A stretch of 63,887 nucleotides of DNA, the filler included, from Nemertoderma westbladi (taxonomy: Eukaryota; Animalia; Xenacoelomorpha): the NCBI GenBank assembly GCA_032718475.1. It is 3 parts of 3 records of this genome, joined end to end, with 100 filler letters (N's around TTAATTAATTAA, not from the genome) between each part and the next. Parts side by side here need not be neighbours in the genome. Positions count along the whole stretch, not along the records: positions 18,449 to 45,942 come from JAUCBJ010005864.1; 2 more parts are not named here. One strand, written 5' to 3'. Below, piece after piece: positions 27,128-38,695 of this stretch. Under the pieces are notes generated by a model. It saw nothing but the letters and a program-made list of their open reading frames with translations, searched no databases and had not been told where the DNA came from. A program made the position numbers and the translations under genes. Numbering within the stretch: the stretch's first letter is position 1; the number at the start of each line of letters is the position of its first letter.

Positions 27128-27400
27128 GTTAGTGGCTAACACCATTATAGCTGTGGGCTAGGCCTATTTATATACCGGTACATTAATATATCAGTTCTAA
27201 TTTGGGGTGGAATTTAAAGAATTAATCTTGCATGATGTAGTCTTGATGATGAATGCTGTAGTATTCAATCAATTCAATTTATTAATTTCATTCTCTTACT
27301 ACCCGGAAGAATGCGGATAGTAGTACGAACAATGTACAAAATAAGTACATATCATCAGTCGAGGGGGGGGGGGGGGGGTGGGGTGTGGTGGGTAGGTACG

Positions 27401-28753
27401 ACGGGTGCTTGCTTAGATCGTGGCTTTCCAGTTAACATTATTCCATTTTGTATAAAACAAGTAATGTGGTTGGAGAAACCTGCTAGGGGCTGCTACTAAG
27501 CAACCAATCATGTTAATCCTGTTTAACACAGAGTCAATGAGAATGGAATATTGCTAACTTCAAAAAGTTCAGGTTAACATTATTCCAAAGTAATCAGATA
27601 TTACAGTAGTTAAGCTGCTAGTGTTGTTAGTCAGTTAGTATTCAAGTAAGCCATAGCCGTATAATATTACAATGAGGTAAACTGTAAATGAAATATTTAT
27701 TATATATAGTCCTAGTTATAGGTCTAGGTTTAGGCCTAGTAATAAACATACTGTACTTATACAATATCTCATTGAAGTACTTGCCACGTAGTATATTCAA
27801 TGTGGGCAAAATACAGGCAGACAGGTAGACAGAGGTCTCACATCGTGTTGCGTTTTATTCACACAACTTTTATGATACCAACCACTTCGTCCAAACGGGG
27901 TGTAAGTAAATGAAACGCCGACAACCAGACAACTGACTCTGACAGCCAGCACCGACAACCATTATTAAAGCCTATTCATTAAATGTTATTTATTAATTGA
28001 GGGAAAGGAACAGGTTACAGTGCAGTAAGGTTAGTCTAACCAAAACAAACGAGAGTTAAGAACTCGGGTTATATTTTCATATTTTCTGTTGTTGGGCAGT
28101 TGTCTGGTGGTTGGCGGCTGTCGGCGTAGTGTTTACACCCCTGCAAACGCTACATCATATCCATTCAATTGGTCCAAGGTCTGTCTGTAGCGTTCCCGAA
28201 ACGCGAGTAGCAAAAATAACAATGTTGGCAGGCTGGACAACGTTGAAATGGTTTAGTTTCGCTGTCGGTTCTCCTTTTATCAATTTTTTGTTTGTGTCTC
28301 GATAACGCAGAGGTTGTTGTGTACTTCTTATCGCATAAACAGATAAATTACATTCCACTACTTTTTTTAATCGTCTCATTACTGCTCCCATGCAGCCATG
28401 TACTGTAACTACAATGATATATCTTGATAATTAGCTTTGATGTACCTACTGTTCTTCTGCCTGACGCCTGAATGCTTTCGGTATAACTTGTATAATGAAA
28501 CAGAAAAGGCCAGTCTCAAGGGTAGGTGTAGGGCCTAATAGAATAGTGAATACAGGTACTGAGATATGGAATAATGTTAACCTGAACACTTTCATGTTAG
28601 CAATATTCCATTCTCATTGACTCTGTGTTAAACAGGATTAACGTGATTGGTTGTTGCTTAGTAGCAGCCCCTAGCAAGTTTCTCCAACCACATCACTTGT
28701 TTTATACAAAATGGAATAATGTTATCTGGAAAAGCCACGATCTAAGCACCAGT
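27401..28753. mobile_element. MULE-like non-autonomous element in the MED13 intron
   Basis: ~185-bp TIRs (27401-27587 vs 28567-28753); perfect 10-bp TSD GGTAGGTACG at 27391-27400 and 28754-28763. Confidence 0.92.
27897..28141. mobile_element. Small MITE nested in the MULE-like element
   Basis: GGGGTGTAA...ACGCCGACA at the left end and TGTCGGCGT...TTACACCCC at the right; flanks TCCAAAC/TGCAAAC. Confidence 0.65.
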
Positions 28754-29835
28754 GGTAGGTACGGCATAAGGCTTTTACAGTTTTGAATTTAATCACATGA
28801 AAGTTTTTTTATATGATAGATAAAAGATGGGGCAACATAACTATTAGGCGAAATTTTGTGAAAATAATTCTGGACCGCTAGTTGGCGCTGCAATTTTATT
28901 TAAATTTTTTAGGTTTGTTATAAATAGTATTAAATTTTATTAAACCATTAACAAAACATTTCAAGAACTTGTCTGATACTTTTATGCAGGGTGGCTATGT
29001 AGACACCCACAGAAATTTTCAGACAAGTTGCTCCAAAATTGTAGAAGCAGTGGCGTTTTGAAGTTGACAATTTCATAAAAAAATAATACTTGGAGGTAAT
29101 AGACCTTTCATTGTAAATAGTAATAGTAATTTCAATTTTTTTTCTCTGTACACCCCATGTCTGGTTAAATTTAATTTTAATTTAAGGGGGGGCGGGGCGG
29201 GGGAGGGGGAGGACTGGTATTGAAGTCAACATTTTGAATTGCTTACTGCACCAAAGAGTGATTAAGTATAAAAAAAGTGGAAAATACATTTTGGTTGGAC
29301 TATAATAATGAATTGTAGTATTTTCAAAAAAAAAGGAAAAATTCCCATTTGACGCCCCTTAACGCCCCAAAATTTACATTTTTGACTTAAAATGCATCTC
29401 CTTTTTATGCTTTATTTTCAGAAGTTGTACCGTTTTTTTTGGAATCAGCATGGTCGATTACCAAAAATTCGAGCAGAATTTTTGTTTTTATCTGTTCTTG
29501 AATTGTTGTTGAACTTTTAAAGGAAAATACCACTTTTTTTCAAAATAATTTTCAAATTTTCAAAAAAAAGCACTATGTTATAACAGATGAACAATTGCAA
29601 AAGTAAAAAAAACTACTTGAATTTTATCATTGCGCACATTAGTAGCTTACATTTGATAGCAAAAACTTGAAAATTGGTTGAAAATGGCGGATAAGATGTG
29701 TTTTAAAAATTAATAAATTCCATTCCGTGATAATTGTCTTTAAAGTTTGAACCTTCCCGCTCAAAAATGGTCTGTTAATATGTGAGAATGTCAGTCAATT
29801 TTATATATAACAAAAAGTAAAAAAAATAAAATTTT

Positions 29836-31443
29836 CTTCGGCCGCTAGGCCAGGGATTACGCACAAAGTCTGACGACTTATTACTAGTGTTGAGAACTGT
29901 AACTGTAATTATACTGTAACTGCAACTGTAACTGAATGGTTTTGATGATTTTTTTGATACTGTAACTATAACTGTAACTGTAATTGCGAATTTTGAATAC
30001 TGTAACTGTAACTGAAACTGTAATTACGAATTTTGAATACTGTAACTGTAACTGAAACTGAAATTAACAAAATCCGATTCAGTTCTCAATCACACAATTA
30101 ACATGAATGAGCATTTAAAACAGTATTGTAATAAAGTATAGAGTATAGTTTAATAAATGAATAACAGTGGTTACTATAGGTATCATTTTTAAAACATTGT
30201 TATAAAAAAACAATCTAATTTTTTCCACTTCTGAACAAAACCATAATATTACACAATATAAAATCAAAGACCCATTGCCCACTTAGCTCAAATGTGATTT
30301 ATTTGGCGAGTCAAGTAGTGAACGAAGATCTACAGTAGCATATAGTCTATGTTTATCTGTCTCAGCTATTAGACTATTATCAGCCTTATCACCACTTTTG
30401 CTTCATATTAAATGTAAATGTTTTAGATAAACAAAGAAAAGTTAGGCCTAATGGTAGAGGGATATTAACGGATATATATCTTACATTATTAATTATTAAT
30501 GTTACCGGTACTATTAATATCAAAGGGGATATCACACTAGAGGCACAATGGAAATTAAATTTTGATCAAGTTTACCATTATAAATTACAAAATTAAACTT
30601 AAAAGTGAAAGGAGCAGCTTATCGAGGTGGGTCTAACCAAAACAATACATATATATGATTACTAAAACAAATTACGAATTAAGGAAAATGAGCAGGATTC
30701 AGAAGCATGGCTTTATAACCAAAACAATAAATGATAACAGTACTGTACAAGCACTGGAACAAGATGTACAGTAAAATGTGGGTGCTTAGTGTGATCTTGT
30801 GACGTGCCACTTTCATTACATACTATCAGTATATTAATTACAAAATATTACCATAGAGTGGGTCCAACTTTCCTACAACAACTACCTATTAGCTCTAGAA
30901 AGAGGACGTTTCGTAATGAACATTATTATTAGCGTATATAACAGTAATATATTAAAGTGCCTCATTTTTAGTTTCAGATGACTGCTTACTACATGAGATC
31001 ATATATATTGAATCTATAACTGAAACTGTAACTGAAACTGAAATGCTCAATTTTATAATACTGAAACTGTAACTGTAACTGAAATGCAAAACTTTGAATA
31101 CTGAAACTGTAACTGTAACTGAAATGCAAAACTTTGAATACTGAAACTGTAACTGTAACTGAAATGCAAAACTTTGAATACTGAAACTGTAACTGTAACT
31201 GAAATTAGTCAAAATTGATTCAGTTCTCAACACTACTTATTACCAGTGCGGTCCCCCCTGAACTTTACTCCCCAGAGGAAACTCCAGTACTCATTTAGCT
31301 ACCACTTAAGGATGCAAGGCAGAGATGCGCCCTGGCTGGTCCCTTTAAAGCATTCATGCCGAAACGAAAACTGCCCTGGCCCATGTGAGGATCGAACCCA
31401 CGACCTACGGGAGATGTGAATTCTACTACACCAAGGTGGAACC
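29836..31443 (-). mobile_element. tRNA-derived SINE split by a hAT MITE
   Basis: Minus-strand head with A-box-like TGGTGTAGTAG and B-box GGTTCGATCC (31388-31443); related head at 46284-46372; the 3' boundary beyond the hAT TSD is approximate. Confidence 0.7.
29885..31235. mobile_element. hAT-like MITE
   Basis: TIR TAGTGTTGAGAACTG / CAGTTCTCAACACTA; perfect 8-bp TSD CTTATTAC; (AACTGT/AACTGA)n subterminal arrays. Confidence 0.92.
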
Positions 31444-31479
31444 TTAAACAACACGAAACCACTACATTATTACTATATG

Positions 31480-32080
31480 GGGGGTTTTCCTGGTCGCTGA
31501 TTTCATTTCTGAGGTCAGATTACACTTTTAATGAAATCTTGTTAGTCTGTTTGTCTATCTGTCGGTCTTTCTGACTATCCGACAATCTGTCCGTTAAATA
31601 TAAGAAAGGGGCACCACATCTAGCTAAAAGTTTAGTTATTGGGTTTTTCTGGGCGCAGAATACATTTCGAGTGTCAGATTTAACATTTGATGACTTCCAA
31701 GTTGTCTGTTTAACTGTCATTTTGACGGACAGGCTGAAGACATTCAGACAGAAAAGTCGAATACTGACATATATTATATATATAATACTGTAATATAATA
31801 ATATAATACTGACAATATTGAATACTGACATCAGAAATGAAGTCACGGTTCACAGACCAAGAAAACCCATATAGGAAATTTTTTAGACATATTGTATGTT
31901 TTCTGTTGATTTAGAGAAATGCTGACAGACAGACCGACAGTAAAACTGACAGACAGCCATATCTCGAGAAATAAGACAAATTTGGCTAAACGGTTTTCAT
32001 ATTTGGAATCTTGATAAAATTCATCTCTTGATTAAATTGAAAAAAAAGAATTGAAAAAACAATTTTGAATGCCAGTACCC
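31480..32080. repeat. Dispersed repeat resembling Helentron-associated (DINE-1-like) elements
   Basis: GGGGTTTTCCTGGTCGCTGATTTCATTTC here and its reverse complement at ~42970-43000; degenerate GTCTGTCC/GACAGACA microsatellites. Confidence 0.45.
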
Positions 32081-32997
32081 CCCCCCCCCCCCCCCCCCCT
32101 TAATTCCAAAATTATTAAAACACTGTATTAAAAAGTTAATAATAATTACTATAAAGAAAGAGTACATATATAAAATTGTATAAAAGATAGCTTGATTTCG
32201 CGCGCAGTGGATCTAATTTCGGGCGAGGTTGTTGAGGGTTAGCACTGTCAACACTGGTCAGTGCGAGGGTGAAAAGGTTCAGTGTTTTGTTTTTACATAA
32301 TTTGAAATGCCACCCGTGAGCAGTCGTCCTTGTGATAATGTGGCGGATCCGCTGTAGCGCACCTTTCCAAGTCAAGCTTGTGAAGGCGGAACCTCTATCA
32401 ACCCTTGCTCGCTTGCTCATGGAAGTTTTGCTCCCGTTCTCGTCTGAATGCTCTACTCTTCAACTATATACTTGTTCTTTGAAAACTCCTGGCATCTTCA
32501 AAATAAGGTCCTCCGAGAATGAGTTCACTGCGGCAGCTTTAATAGCCATTGTCGATGAAGAAGAGTCGTTTGATGTATGTAGCTTTGATTATATCTAGTT
32601 GTTTCTAGATATAATCAAAGCAATTTCAATGAATGAATGCAATTTCTAGTACCGTTGTTGAGTGTCCCCGGGAATTGATTCTAAACCTCTGGCGATAGCT
32701 AGTAAATGAATTTACTTTACTTTAATTTAATTTATAAGTTCAATTAGTCAAATTAAAAGTGCTGTAAATTATGCGGTTTTCAGATTTGGAAACACCATTT
32801 AACCGTGAATTGTAATAGATCATAAAATAATTTCCTAATTTTGGACCAAATTGGTGTACCCCCCCCCCCCACCCCCCTCCTTAAGATGATTAATTCAATA
32901 TTGAAAATAAATAGGCCTACATTTGGTGAGAGTTAATTCCAGAATTAGTTTTCGTATAATTATTTGCAAGTTATTAGTTATTAATTAGACTATTTAT

Positions 32998-33283
32998 GGC
33001 CCATGTGAAGAATACCAGACTTTCTGCCGTTATATTTCACTTTGCAGTTACCCCCATGTGAAGAATACCAGGTAATCACCAAAAACACTTAAACATAGGT
33101 TACAGAAGGGCCGAATCTAACCAAAACAATAAACGAATTAGTATATGTACAGGTTATAAGACAGAAATAAGCGCTATAAAACACTTAATAAAGATAAATT
33201 AAAAAAAATAAAAAATCTTCATATATAAAAGTCCAATAAAAAGTCGACCGAAAAGTGAAATCCTGGTATTCTTCACATGGGCG
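32998..33283. mobile_element. MITE with 8-bp TSD
   Basis: TIR GCCCATGTGAAGAATACCAG / CTGGTATTCTTCACATGGGC; TSD CTATTTAT at 32990-32997 and 33284-33291. Confidence 0.85.
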
Positions 33284-33514
33284 CTATTTATATATCATCA
33301 TATTAATTCAAAAAATACGCCATTACATTTTATATGGTTGAACAGATGGGAACATGTTGTTTATCTCTTTCAAATTAAGGAAAACGTTTTAGCACTATAT
33401 TGGCTTTATTGAATTCCCAACTTAACTAATTTTTAATAATATATGCAATGCAGGCTATCTATATAATACATATCTTCAACATAAATGTATTTATTTGTTT
33501 CTCTTTTTATCCAG

Positions 33515-36500
33515 GTGACCCCTAACGACCTGGATCAGCTGTTCGAACCATCCGATACCGACGACGACGTGGACTCATTGACGAGTTCGTTGACGACAAT
33601 GCCAGGGTTCCGTATGGTGGACTACCAACCCCCAACGCCGTCCTCCCAGTCCTCCTACCCGGCCACTACCGCCTCCGGCGCCTCCAACCAATCCGCCCAG
33701 GACGCCGAGGCCGTCTCGCAGCCCAACAGCAGCGAAGCCCCGAACGTCGGGGCGACCAGTTCCGAACTCAGTCAGATGTTCCCGACACCGCCCAGTCTGG
33801 AGAGTCAGCAGACGGACGCGACGACGCAGGAGGATGTCCCGCCGCTGGAGGCGCTGGATGAGACGGAGTCGGTGGTGGAGCCGGACACCACGGGGCCCCC
33901 CGACGTCGACTGGAGTTACGTGTTCCGCGTCGAGGAAGTTGAACCCCATCCCGGCCCGTCGGTTTACACCAGTCTGCCGGAACTTCCTCACAATGGAATT
34001 GGCGTAGTTTATAAACCGGGAGTCTCCGCCTCGACTCTCCCCAGTAAGTCGCTGGTTCCTGTCCTGAGGAAGGTTCCCAGCTCCCCAGTTGCACTAATAC
34101 CGAGTCTCACCCTGCCAGCCCAACTCCCTCCCAACCCGCCCTTCTCCCACACCATCAACTCGCTCTCACTCACAGTTCGTCTCTCCGACTCCATCCTCAA
34201 CATATTCAAGGACGTCAACTTCGACAGCAGCGTCATCTGCGTCTGCAACTACAACCTGAAAGGTTCCGACGTCGGTGTCTATCTTCCGGACAGCTGTCCG
34301 GACGAGCAGGGATTCCGGTGCTCCTGCGGTTTCAGCGCCATCATTAACCGGAAGTCTGTCGCCTCGACTCTGTTGTTTCTCGACGATTATCTGGAAGTCG
34401 TTGGGGCCGAACCGCCGGCGAAGGGGAAAGGAAAAGGGAAAACCGCGATGCAGCAACCCGTAGTGGAGGGTAAGCGGTTGGGTGCGGCGATAATGCGGAC
34501 ACTGAGGGATGTATGCGGGTCCCCGTTCACTGTCCTACCGTGGGGAGGTGGTGCAAACCCGTCGGACAACCGGGGAGGCGGTGCGAACCTGTCGGACACC
34601 CGGGGTGGCGCCTCAAACCCGTCTGAATCTCGGAACAGCGGTGTCTCGGGGCGGGAAATCCCCCAGGACTACCAGACGATGTGTTGCCGGATGCTCACCG
34701 AGTCCGCTGGGGGCGTTAAGGTGGATCTACCGCCGCGACTCCTCTGCGACCGCTCCTCGGAGGTCCGGTGCGAACTGACCTCACAGGATAGGGTGAGTTT
34801 CCTCGCTGCGCTCCAACCACTGCTGCAGGACGCCTTGGTAGTGCGACGGGGTGCCAAGAGTCGGCTGCTGGAGCCGACGCACACGGTGCAGGGGCCACTC
34901 ACCTGGGGGCAGCTGGTGCGGGCGGGGGGCGGTGCCCAGGGCGCGGGGCGCCCGCTCCCGGTGCCCCGACTGCTGGCCGCCCAGTCCGCCCACTCAGGGG
35001 TCACCGTGAGCCCCGCCGCGGTCCCGCAGTGGGACCGACTCGGCTTGGAGCCGTACAGCGGGCCGCGTTGCGTCGACTACGTCGTCGTCGCTCCCGACGC
35101 CGAGAACATCGTCGCCGCCACTAAGGACTTCTTCCGGGACCTCTCGTCGACGTACGAGCGTCTCGGGTTGGGTCGCCACACCCCGGTGACCACCGTGCTG
35201 CGCGACGGGATCCTCAGAGTCGGAGCCGCACTCGCTGCGAAACTCGCCGACGACCCTGTAGAGGATTGGTTCAATGAGTCTCAACTGGGGAGTGGTGTTG
35301 AGGCATCCAAGCTCCGAACGTACGCGCGCGCGTGTCGCAACTACCTCGTCCCTCAGATAAAGGCGGTGTACTCCGCCGCCGTGGACAAACTCGAGAAGCA
35401 TCGGTGGACGTCGGAGGCGTATCGGGAACCGGAAACCTCGGAGGAAACCCCCCGATGTCGGTCGGAGGAGGGCCGATCCGCTATCCTCGTCTACATCGTC
35501 GATCCCTTCAGTAACCGGCAGGTGGAGCTGAGCGCGGGGGTCTGTGCGACGGGGTTGCTACGCTGCTTCCAGGACGTCGTCGCCTCGCTCCAGACCCCCA
35601 TGTCGGACTCGGTCGCGGTCCAACTCCTCCCCATCGAGTTGCTCCTCGACCGGATCGACTGGACCCCGGCGACTCATCGCGAGGCCCGGATGAAGTCGCT
35701 CGCTTTCTCCGTTTTCGCCCAATGTCGTCGTTCGCTGACCTCGTTGGGTAACGCAAAGTCGTTGACGGGTTTCGGTACCGCGTCCATATTCACCTCCGGT
35801 AGCCGACTGCTCTCCGACCGGTTGCAGACACCCTCCCTGCGACATTACGCGCCGCCCTTTATCCTCGCGCCTATCGTGCGGTGGAGCGCCCCAGAGACAC
35901 CCGGGGTTCTATTCGCGACCTACTGTCTGTCGAGGGACCAGCGGTGGTTGCTAGGGGTTGCCACCGACGCCCACGGGGAGATAATGGAGACCACGGCGGT
36001 TAACATCGAGTTCCCGCAGGATGCCAGTCGTAAGCGGAGACTAGCCGGCCGCAAGATGGCGCTGAGTAAACTGTGGGAGTTCTTCCGGGGGGTCATTTCG
36101 GCGATGGGCAGCAGTTGGCACGTCGTGATTGGTCGAGTCGGGAGGATAGGACATGGGGAGCTTCGTGATTGGTCAACTATAATCGGGCGCGCGGCCTTAG
36201 CGAACTACAGCCGCGGGTTGCGGTCCCAGTGCGGCGGCTGCGCCGGTAGGTCGGGTCCTCTGGGGGTGGTCAGCGCGTGTATCACCAGTCTGGAGGCCTC
36301 GACGTCGTTGCGATTAGCATTGGATTCGGTAGGAGGAAGATGCGACTCTCCCGTCGCGTTGGATGTGGATACGACGCACATCCTGGTTGTGGCGACGTCG
36401 GCCACCGCACAGATGGACAGTCGGGCCCTCGATCCGTTCAACGCCGGTCTCGCCGGCGTCGACGTCTTCGGCGAGTCGACCGACGGCGACCTACCCGAGT

Positions 36501-37060
36501 GCGACGACTTCCTCGACGGGTTCGACGTTCTCGATAACTCCGATCTCATGCAGATCCTCGGTCATCAGGACCTCATGGACTTCTCGGGGTTGTCCCTGCC
36601 CGGGGGAGCCCAACCGGGGGACCCGGGGGGCGGTGCCCACGCAGCTGTTACCGTGGTTACCGGGCACTCGGGCGCCGGGGCCACCGCCCCCTCGGAATCG
36701 AGTCCCCCCGAGGAATCGATCCTCCAGCAGCCGCTCGCCGTCGGCTACACCGCGTCCACGGCCCCTTCCGGACATCTGCCTTCCTGGTTTTGGTCGCGAA
36801 ACCCCCGGGATGAATCGGTCCCGGTTGTACTGAAGACTTCCTTACACATCCACGTTAACGAGGACTCCCTGACTCACAGAGAGGTGCCGCACCCTCTAGA
36901 CTCTTCCTTTACTGCGGATGTACTGCGGTACGTTCTAGAACGATACAATGACCTCTCCTGGTTAACGGTAGACCCAGGTACAGGACGGAGACGTTCCTGT
37001 TTGCCCATACACTTTGTCGTTTTAATGCAACTATACCATTCCCTCGACAGACTATCTTGA
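33515..37060 (+). CDS. MED13: Mediator kinase-module subunit 13, coding exon 2 (1181 aa + stop)
   Basis: Polypyrimidine tract + CCAG| acceptor at 33514; splicing gives DLQ|VTPNDLDQLF; MFPTPPSLE, DWSYVF, LSDSILNIFKDVNFDS, C.CGFSA, GPLTW, YCLSRDQRWLL, RIGHGELRDW, LQQPLAVGY, HPLDS, RRSCLPIHF. Confidence 0.95.
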   Translation: MTPNDLDQLFEPSDTDDDVDSLTSSLTTMPGFRMVDYQPPTPSSQSSYPATTASGASNQSAQDAEAVSQPNSSEAPNVGATSSELSQMFPTPPSLESQQTDATTQEDVPPLEALDETESVVEPDTTGPPDVDWSYVFRVEEVEPHPGPSVYTSLPELPHNGIGVVYKPGVSASTLPSKSLVPVLRKVPSSPVALIPSLTLPAQLPPNPPFSHTINSLSLTVRLSDSILNIFKDVNFDSSVICVCNYNLKGSDVGVYLPDSCPDEQGFRCSCGFSAIINRKSVASTLLFLDDYLEVVGAEPPAKGKGKGKTAMQQPVVEGKRLGAAIMRTLRDVCGSPFTVLPWGGGANPSDNRGGGANLSDTRGGASNPSESRNSGVSGREIPQDYQTMCCRMLTESAGGVKVDLPPRLLCDRSSEVRCELTSQDRVSFLAALQPLLQDALVVRRGAKSRLLEPTHTVQGPLTWGQLVRAGGGAQGAGRPLPVPRLLAAQSAHSGVTVSPAAVPQWDRLGLEPYSGPRCVDYVVVAPDAENIVAATKDFFRDLSSTYERLGLGRHTPVTTVLRDGILRVGAALAAKLADDPVEDWFNESQLGSGVEASKLRTYARACRNYLVPQIKAVYSAAVDKLEKHRWTSEAYREPETSEETPRCRSEEGRSAILVYIVDPFSNRQVELSAGVCATGLLRCFQDVVASLQTPMSDSVAVQLLPIELLLDRIDWTPATHREARMKSLAFSVFAQCRRSLTSLGNAKSLTGFGTASIFTSGSRLLSDRLQTPSLRHYAPPFILAPIVRWSAPETPGVLFATYCLSRDQRWLLGVATDAHGEIMETTAVNIEFPQDASRKRRLAGRKMALSKLWEFFRGVISAMGSSWHVVIGRVGRIGHGELRDWSTIIGRAALANYSRGLRSQCGGCAGRSGPLGVVSACITSLEASTSLRLALDSVGGRCDSPVALDVDTTHILVVATSATAQMDSRALDPFNAGLAGVDVFGESTDGDLPECDDFLDGFDVLDNSDLMQILGHQDLMDFSGLSLPGGAQPGDPGGGAHAAVTVVTGHSGAGATAPSESSPPEESILQQPLAVGYTASTAPSGHLPSWFWSRNPRDESVPVVLKTSLHIHVNEDSLTHREVPHPLDSSFTADVLRYVLERYNDLSWLTVDPGTGRRRSCLPIHFVVLMQLYHSLDRLS

Positions 37061-37345
37061 TATCTATTTATTGAGTATTTATATTTATCATGAATGCAAT
37101 AACTATTATTATTATTATTATTATGTAATTAATATTCTTATACTAATCTTTGCACTTTGTTATCGCTTAGAGTTAGTATTTGAGGTGACATTATCGAGCC
37201 AGTTTTTACAACCACCCCCTTCGTTTTATCACTCTCCGGCCTATTTTTCACACTCAGGTGGTTTCATAGCGCGGTATTTTTTTATTTATTAATGTCATAA
37301 GATTAAATAAGCTGTATATTAATGATAATCTTGTTATTTTACTTC

Positions 37346-37351
37346 AATAAA
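37346..37351 (+). promoter_or_regulatory. Candidate MED13 polyadenylation signal
   Basis: AATAAA ~285 nt after the stop, followed by T/GT-rich sequence. Confidence 0.45.
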
Positions 37352-37524
37352 TGTAGATATTATGTTTAATTTCTTGTGTTTCAAATTATATACTTCTATA
37401 AAGTGAGATTATATCAGACTTCGAGAGATCAGGTCCAATACTACCGAGCCGCTAAGGGCGCTAAACACGCCATCCGGGTCCTTAGTAGGCCACTTTATAT
37501 GTCAGATTTGGATTCAGATTTGAA

Positions 37525-38695
37525 TCTATCCTGAGGTATTAAATAACTGAATCATTTATCGTAAGTAATAATGATTTATTTATTAATTGATGTATTTTCT
37601 AAAAATATTAACAATCAGAATTATTTGAATTAAATAATACGGTTTATTTGTGGTATATAATCTGTAAAATATCTGTAACTCGCAATGAATTTGTTGTTTT
37701 AGTACTCCTAAACAAAAAGGTTTACCTTAACGTTGTCATATTTTAATCTCACAATATCGGGAGTGGAAGGTTGTAAGGTCAGGACGAGCGCAACGAGGGT
37801 ACGGCGGTACGGGAATATCTAATGTTTAACTCCATGGTGAGCTACGAAGTTAGCAAGCTTAGCATGATACTTTAGCATGTCTAGTAGTGTTTAAACGGGA
37901 TTTCCGGGATCGGGACCGGGATTATCACTCTCGGGATCGGGATTGCAATTTTGGATCAAATTCCTTAAAGTTCATAGTATATGTGGCGGGTTTTGGGTAA
38001 CAATCACTTTACTTTACACTTCTGAAATATTAGTAAGATAAAGTTATATTAAAATTATTTTTCAATTGATTACTGGATGGTTTAGTGACATAAAAATTAC
38101 GAATTACGAATTATAAATATGAAAAGGTATATTTCACTTTTATTTAGCAATCTAGTGTCCCTCTAGTGGCCAACAGAGGAGCTGACGAAGTCTCCCTGTA
38201 TGTAATATTTTAAAGTTTTGTAATAAATCTGCCCTACCAAGTTTAATTGAAGAAAGCTTAGAGTTGTATATCAATAAGTACTCATTATATTAGACCGATA
38301 GAAAGACAGGTAGACACCAATCGACATACGACAGACCAGACCTAGAAAGATGTTAGAAATTGTGGTATCTGTATATACTAAGCTGGCTAACCTCGTGGCT
38401 CACCCTACAATTATATATTAAGTATTTCCGAAATAATTATTCCTGTCTCCTCGTTGCGCTCGTCCTGACCTTTGTTGTTTTACGAGTCGTAAAACAACAA
38501 ACAAATTTATTCCAATGAGAACCATTGCGATTTGCAGATAATTTTTACAGATAACCCAAAACAAAATAACGCTAATAAATAATCATTAAATTAAAATTTT
38601 TTAAATAATTAATATTTTTAGAAAATACACCACTTAATTAAATCATTATTATTTACATACAAGAAAAGTTAATCAATTATTGATACCTCAGAAAC
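37525..38695. mobile_element. Old long-TIR non-autonomous DNA element (ends approximate)
   Basis: Inverted matches: AAGGTCAGGACGAGCGCAACGAGG (37775) / CCTCGTTGCGCTCGTCCTGACCTT (38449); TGTATTTTCTAAAAATATTAA (37591) / its reverse complement (~38610); CTGAGGTAT / ATACCTCAG. Confidence 0.7.

Noticed and set aside
31388-31443. Possible tRNA gene
   Set aside because: A/B boxes only, no full cloverleaf, and it continues into a SINE body.
33485-33514. ATG start of the 1191-aa ORF as a separate gene
   Set aside because: The first 10 codons are the intron's polypyrimidine tract; it is MED13 exon 2.
34543-34635. Three 30-bp repeats in MED13 exon 2 (GGGANPSDNR-like) as a possible insertion element
   Set aside because: In-frame low-complexity expansion in a variable loop; no TE hallmarks.
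25450-36833. Many overlapping and antisense ORFs within MED13 exons
   Set aside because: Expected shadows of GC-rich coding sequence; no recognisable domains.
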